From an uncultured Planctomycetota bacterium (lineage in GTDB: Bacteria; Planctomycetota; Phycisphaerae; Tepidisphaerales; Tepidisphaeraceae), in NCBI GenBank assembly GCA_963841915.1, contig CAWJEN010000006.1:448001-512000 (forward strand): a stretch of DNA of 64,000 nucleotides, given 5' to 3'. Made by a program: the position numbers and the translations under genes. Below the pieces are notes generated by a model, which was not told where the DNA came from, ran no database searches, and was given only the letters and a program-made list of their open reading frames with translations. The stretch's first letter is position 1, and the number at the start of each line of letters is the position of its first letter. Below are positions 59,721 through 64,000 of the stretch, piece after piece.

Positions 59721-61427
59721 TCAGGAAGCGTCAGGCGCGTAGCTGACCAAGGCACCGTGACCGCCTGCCATGCTGGTGTTCGACCCGACGCCACCGACCG
59801 CTTCATAGTCGCTCGGCGACTGGTCGTTGGTCATGCGGCTGCGCTTGACGCCCTTGGGGAGCGGCGTGTTGCGGAAGCGGCTTCCGGGCACTGCCACGCG
59901 GCCGTTCTGGCTCTCACCGGCCGGGATGATGTAGCTGCCGACCACGATGATGCCCAGCACGACCACGTTCAGGCCCAGGAAGGAGAGCGCCTGCCAGCCG
60001 CTCAGGCCGTCGATCGTCGGATGGCCGTAGATCCCGAATGCGTACGTCAGCAGGGTCGTGGCGATGACGAGCACGAGCATGATCGGAATAAGGCCCTTCC
60101 AGGCAATCTGCATGAGCTGGTCGAAGCGGAAGCGGGGCAGCGACCAGCGCACCCACATGAAGACGAACATGACCAAGACGGCCTTTCCGAAGATGACACC
60201 GGCCCGGACGATGCACTCGATCAGGCTCGTCGTCACGCTTGCCGCCGCACCGTCCGGACGCGTCTCAAAGACAGCCTGGATCAGGAAGTCGATGTAAGGC
60301 ATGTGCCAGCCGCCCCAGAAGAGGGCCACGAGTACCAGCGACGTCGTGATCATGCCCGCGTACTCGGCCAGGAAGAACAGGGCAAACCGCATCGAGCTGT
60401 ACTCGGTGTGGTAGCCACCGACAAGCTCCTGCTCGGCCTCTGCCATGTCGAAGGGCGCGCGGTTGGCTTCTGCGTGGATGCAGATGAGGAACAGCATGAA
60501 CGCCAGCGGTTGGGCGAACATGTTCCACGCCGGGATCGGGATAAAGCCCAGCACCCACCAGTAGTCGACCTGTTTGTCGACGAGCAGGGCCAGGTCGAGC
60601 GTACCGAACATGATGACGACGATGAGCGCGCTCATGCCGAGCGGGATCTCGTAGGAGATCATATTGGCCGTCGCCCGCAGGCCGCCGAGGAAGCTGTACT
60701 TGTTGTCGCTGGCCCAGCCACCGATGACGACGCCGTAGACGGCCAGGCTGAGCGCGGCCAGGACGAACAGGACGCCGATGTTCAGGTTGGCGATCTGAAA
60801 GTTGTATTGGTAGACGACCGGTACGCGGTAGGCCGTCACGTTGGCACCGTTACCGACCGGGTTGGCTGAGGCGACGCTGAGGTCGACGGGCACGACGAAG
60901 CGGGCGTCATAAGGCAGGTAGTGCCGAATGGCGGCCTCGGCCTGCATGCCTAGGCGGCCGAGTTCTGCCGATTCGGCAAAGGCTTCTTCGGTCAGTCGCG
61001 ACGCGTCGACCTCGATGGTCTTGCTCACCTGCCGCACGCCGCCCCAAGGCACGACGGCGATAGAGATGATGACGACGATGATCATCACGATCGGTGCAAG
61101 GCTGAACAGCACGCGGTCGATGCCCTTGCGGCCGTAGTCCTCTTTGACAAGGAACTTGAGCCCGTCTGCGAGCGGCTGGCCGAGTCCCCAGAAGTGGAAC
61201 TTGGGCATGAACGGCAGGCCGAACCCGAAGCCGACGCGGTTGGGACCGATGCGGTCCTGCACCCACGAAGCCGTCTTGCGTTCGAGCAGAATCATGTACG
61301 CCACGGCGCCGAGCACGACGAGGTGGAACGTGAACGCCAGAATCACCCAGTGATATGCGGCGACGTAGGTCCAGACCGTCTCGATCAGGTCGGCGGGCGG
61401 CAAAGACAGGGGCATCGATGGCAACAT
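59721..61427 (-). CDS. nuoH: NADH-quinone oxidoreductase subunit H, extended
   Basis: LERKTASWVQDRIGPNRVG, QPLADGLKFLVKED, KYSFLGGLR, ISYE, EANRAPFDMAEAEQELVGGYHTEYS, RWSLPRFRFDQLM. Confidence 0.95.
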   Translation of the reverse strand: MLPSMPLSLPPADLIETVWTYVAAYHWVILAFTFHLVVLGAVAYMILLERKTASWVQDRIGPNRVGFGFGLPFMPKFHFWGLGQPLADGLKFLVKEDYGRKGIDRVLFSLAPIVMIIVVIISIAVVPWGGVRQVSKTIEVDASRLTEEAFAESAELGRLGMQAEAAIRHYLPYDARFVVPVDLSVASANPVGNGANVTAYRVPVVYQYNFQIANLNIGVLFVLAALSLAVYGVVIGGWASDNKYSFLGGLRATANMISYEIPLGMSALIVVIMFGTLDLALLVDKQVDYWWVLGFIPIPAWNMFAQPLAFMLFLICIHAEANRAPFDMAEAEQELVGGYHTEYSSMRFALFFLAEYAGMITTSLVLVALFWGGWHMPYIDFLIQAVFETRPDGAAASVTTSLIECIVRAGVIFGKAVLVMFVFMWVRWSLPRFRFDQLMQIAWKGLIPIMLVLVIATTLLTYAFGIYGHPTIDGLSGWQALSFLGLNVVVLGIIVVGSYIIPAGESQNGRVAVPGSRFRNTPLPKGVKRSRMTNDQSPSDYEAVGGVGSNTSMAGGHGALVSYAPDAS

Positions 61428-61600
61428 CAGCGTCGGAAGCAAAAGCAGGGGCAGCGGCGAACGGAATGAAGCATAATGCCGTCGAGGTCGCGGGCCAAGC
61501 GGCGGAACGATTGCCGCAGCCAGAACCTTTTCGAGCGGCAACCTGGCGTGTCACCGGCGACGGTTCGTAAGGCGGACGGACCGCCTTTACCGTTTGCATC

Positions 61601-62362
61601 GTGCCGGTGCCTGTTCTGCTGCGAAAAGTCACCAATCTGCTGGCCGATACCGTAAAAAACGTGAGTGATGTCGTGTGGCCGCGGGTGTGCCCGGTGTGTG
61701 AGAGCGACGCGAGGCGGTGGTTGTGCGACGCGTGCCTGGGCGAGTTGATCGACGCCTCGACGCAACCCAGCTGCCAAGCCTGTGGCAGGCCGGCGTCGGG
61801 GTCGGCGTGTCCCTGGTGCGGCGGCCGTGGTGACGGGCCGATCAAGCGTGTCGTCCGGCTGGGCGTCTACGAACCGCCGCTGAGCTCGCTGATCGTCTCG
61901 GCTAAGTTCTCCGGCCGCTGGGAGTTATGTCGACCGCTGGGCCATGCGCTGGCTGATGTCGCCGGTGATTTGCCACCCGACGCGGTGGTCGTGCCCGTGC
62001 CGTTGCACGCGCATCGATTGGCCAGTCGCGGGTTTGATCAGGCGTACCTCATCGCCGAAGCCCTTGCCGGTCAACGGCGTGTGCCACTGGTCCGGGCGTT
62101 GAAACGACAACGCCATACCCGCCCGCAGACGGCCCTCACCGGCACGACCGCCCGTCAGCAGAATCTGCGGGACGCCTTTGCCCTCAACGACTTAGGCGGG
62201 GTGGAAGGGCGTGCGGTGGTGCTGGTTGACGACGTCATGACCAGCGGCAGCACGCTCCGCTCCGCCGCACGGGCGGTGCAGGCGGGCAAGCCGCGTCTCA
62301 TCATGGCCGCCGTGCTGGCCGTGGCCACGCGAGCGCAGGAGGCAAGGCCCGTCAAGTGGTAA
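61601..62362 (+). CDS. comF: ComF family protein (double zinc ribbon + phosphoribosyltransferase)
   Basis: CPVC/CDAC/CQAC/CPWC; VPVPLH; RGFDQA; LVDDVMTSGST. Confidence 0.9.
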   Translation: MPVPVLLRKVTNLLADTVKNVSDVVWPRVCPVCESDARRWLCDACLGELIDASTQPSCQACGRPASGSACPWCGGRGDGPIKRVVRLGVYEPPLSSLIVSAKFSGRWELCRPLGHALADVAGDLPPDAVVVPVPLHAHRLASRGFDQAYLIAEALAGQRRVPLVRALKRQRHTRPQTALTGTTARQQNLRDAFALNDLGGVEGRAVVLVDDVMTSGSTLRSAARAVQAGKPRLIMAAVLAVATRAQEARPVKW

Positions 62363-62372
62363 GGCAAACGCC

Positions 62373-64000
62373 TCAATCGACGACGATCGTGCGGGCGTGC
62401 TCCTCGAGCTTCTGAACGAGGTCGGCAGACCGCTCGGAGCGGTCGCCGGTGCTGGTGGTCCAGGTGACCGGCTCGTTCCGCTTGATGCTCGCCTCGACGC
62501 GGCGGCAGGCGCTGATGACCGTCGAGTGGTTCCGTTTTCCCATACGACCGGCGATGTCGGGGTAACTCAGGTTCGTCAGCTTGCGGACGAGGTACATCGA
62601 CGTCGACCGAGCCAGCCCAATCGTCCGCTGGCGACTGCCGCTGAGCAATTCGTTGCGTTCGAGCCCGAAGAAGTCACAGGCAGCGGCAAAGACCTGCTCG
62701 GCCCGGACGGGGCGGCTCATCCGCTTGTCCAGGTCGCTGAGAATCTCTTGAGCCAACTTCACATCCGGCCGTCGATTATCGAGGCGGGCGTGGGCTTGCA
62801 TGCGATTGACGGCCCCTTCGAGTTCGCGGACGTTTTGCGTGACGCGGCTTGCGATCCAAGTCGTCGTCTCGCTGTCGAGACTCACGCCGCGCCGCTTGGC
62901 CAGGACGCGGAGCAGGTCTTCGCGCATCTCGCGGGCCGGCGGATCGACGCGGGCGATCATGCCGCTGACGAACCGACTCACGAGGCTCTCGCCGAATGAG
63001 GCGATCGTCTTGGGGTGAGCGTCGCTGGCGATGACGACATGTCGACCGGCCGCTTCAATGGCGTTGAATGTGTGGAGGAACTCTTCCTGTGTTGCCCGCT
63101 TGCCGCCGAGGAAGTGCACATCATCGATGACGAGCAGGTCGACGTCGCGCAGCTTGCGGCGGAACGCGTCGAGTCGGTTGCTCTTGACGGCTGCGATGAA
63201 GCTGTTCGTGAAGTCCTCGCCCGTGAGGTACATCCACCGGCCGGTCGGATGTTTCCTGGCGTAGCGGCGGCAGAGTCCCTGGAGCAGGTGCGTCTTTCCA
63301 AGACCGACGCCGCCATGGATGAACAGCGGGTTGTACGCGCCACCCGGATTGTCGGCCACGCTGCGGCAGCACTCGTAGGGAAGCTTGTTGTTGTCCCCGA
63401 CGAGGAACGTGTCGAGGTCGTGACGCAGGCTGTCGCCGGGTGTCGGGATCTGACGCTTGACCGGCGCCTGACGGGCCGACGTCTCGGCAGCACTCACGGC
63501 CGGAACCGGCAGGCCCGGCGACGTCGAGATGATTGACTCGCCACCGACCGGAGGCACCGGCAGCGGTGTCGTCGGCACCACCGTGTCCGAGGCGGTCGGG
63601 CGAAACAGCCCAGCGTCGCCATCACGCTCGAAGGCAACGGGTGACACCTCGTACTGCAACTCGAGAGAGCCGCCCATCGTCTCACCGGCGGCCTCACGCA
63701 GGGCCATTTCGAAGTGTCTGGCGACCCAATCCCTCACAAATTCGTCAGGAACCACGATCTCCAGTATCTCACCTTCGCCGCGACGGCCGAGGCGCAGACG
63801 GACGCTCTTGACGAACCAGACGTTGAACCGTTGACGCCCGATCCGTTGCTCGACGCCGCTCGTGATCGTCGCGAGAATCTCGTCGGACGATCGCTTGGCT
63901 TGTGACGCACTGGGCGAGGCGTCGTCACTCTCTATGACTGTGTGCGTCAGCCTGTCGGCTGCGTAGGGGCTTTCAACGTCGGCGTCCTGGCCGGGATCGA
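62373..64000 (-). CDS. dnaA: Chromosomal replication initiator DnaA (5' end beyond the window)
   Basis: YNPLFIHGGVGLGKTHLL, LLVIDDVHFL, TQEEFLHTFN, NVRELEGA, RNHSTV. The frame stays open upstream of 63755 (...EQRIGRQRFNVWF...VVPDEFVRDW) to the window edge. Confidence 0.95.
   Translation of the reverse strand, partial: DPGQDADVESPYAADRLTHTVIESDDASPSASQAKRSSDEILATITSGVEQRIGRQRFNVWFVKSVRLRLGRRGEGEILEIVVPDEFVRDWVARHFEMALREAAGETMGGSLELQYEVSPVAFERDGDAGLFRPTASDTVVPTTPLPVPPVGGESIISTSPGLPVPAVSAAETSARQAPVKRQIPTPGDSLRHDLDTFLVGDNNKLPYECCRSVADNPGGAYNPLFIHGGVGLGKTHLLQGLCRRYARKHPTGRWMYLTGEDFTNSFIAAVKSNRLDAFRRKLRDVDLLVIDDVHFLGGKRATQEEFLHTFNAIEAAGRHVVIASDAHPKTIASFGESLVSRFVSGMIARVDPPAREMREDLLRVLAKRRGVSLDSETTTWIASRVTQNVRELEGAVNRMQAHARLDNRRPDVKLAQEILSDLDKRMSRPVRAEQVFAAACDFFGLERNELLSGSRQRTIGLARSTSMYLVRKLTNLSYPDIAGRMGKRNHSTVISACRRVEASIKRNEPVTWTTSTGDRSERSADLVQKLEEHARTIVVD

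Overview
GC-rich chromosomal window, most likely from a planctomycete (Phycisphaerae/Tepidisphaerales-like). This is inferred from the LEPRxLL-type N-terminal motifs, a DUF1559/H-X9-DG prepilin, PEP-CTERM proteins, dockerin-like C-termini and an LpxC-FabZ fusion. Much of it is housekeeping: atpD, aroC, ispD, apt, alaS, hisF, lpxA, lpxC-fabZ, nuoH, nuoI, comF, dnaA, tRNA-Arg and tRNA-His. Three parS palindromes and a dnaA gene suggest an origin-proximal position. The most interesting block is a LacI-associated alpha-glucan locus (about 21.9-31.6 kb). It combines a PEP-CTERM/dockerin GH13 amylase, a non-catalytic PEP-CTERM/dockerin protein, a pilin-like DUF1559 protein and a secreted CBM48-GH13 enzyme, with no SusC/D, TonB or ABC transporter. 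Three unrelated secreted proteins share a near-identical 'VSILDF' dockerin-like tag. Other observations: a putative sigma-54 stress islet (33.7-39.9 kb), a TadG-like gene between nuoH and nuoI, an orphan atpD, and a large matrixin/RTX-like gene with about ten frameshifts confined to ~900 bp. No CRISPR array, rRNA or mobile element was found. All calls come from motif recognition by eye; no database searches were run.
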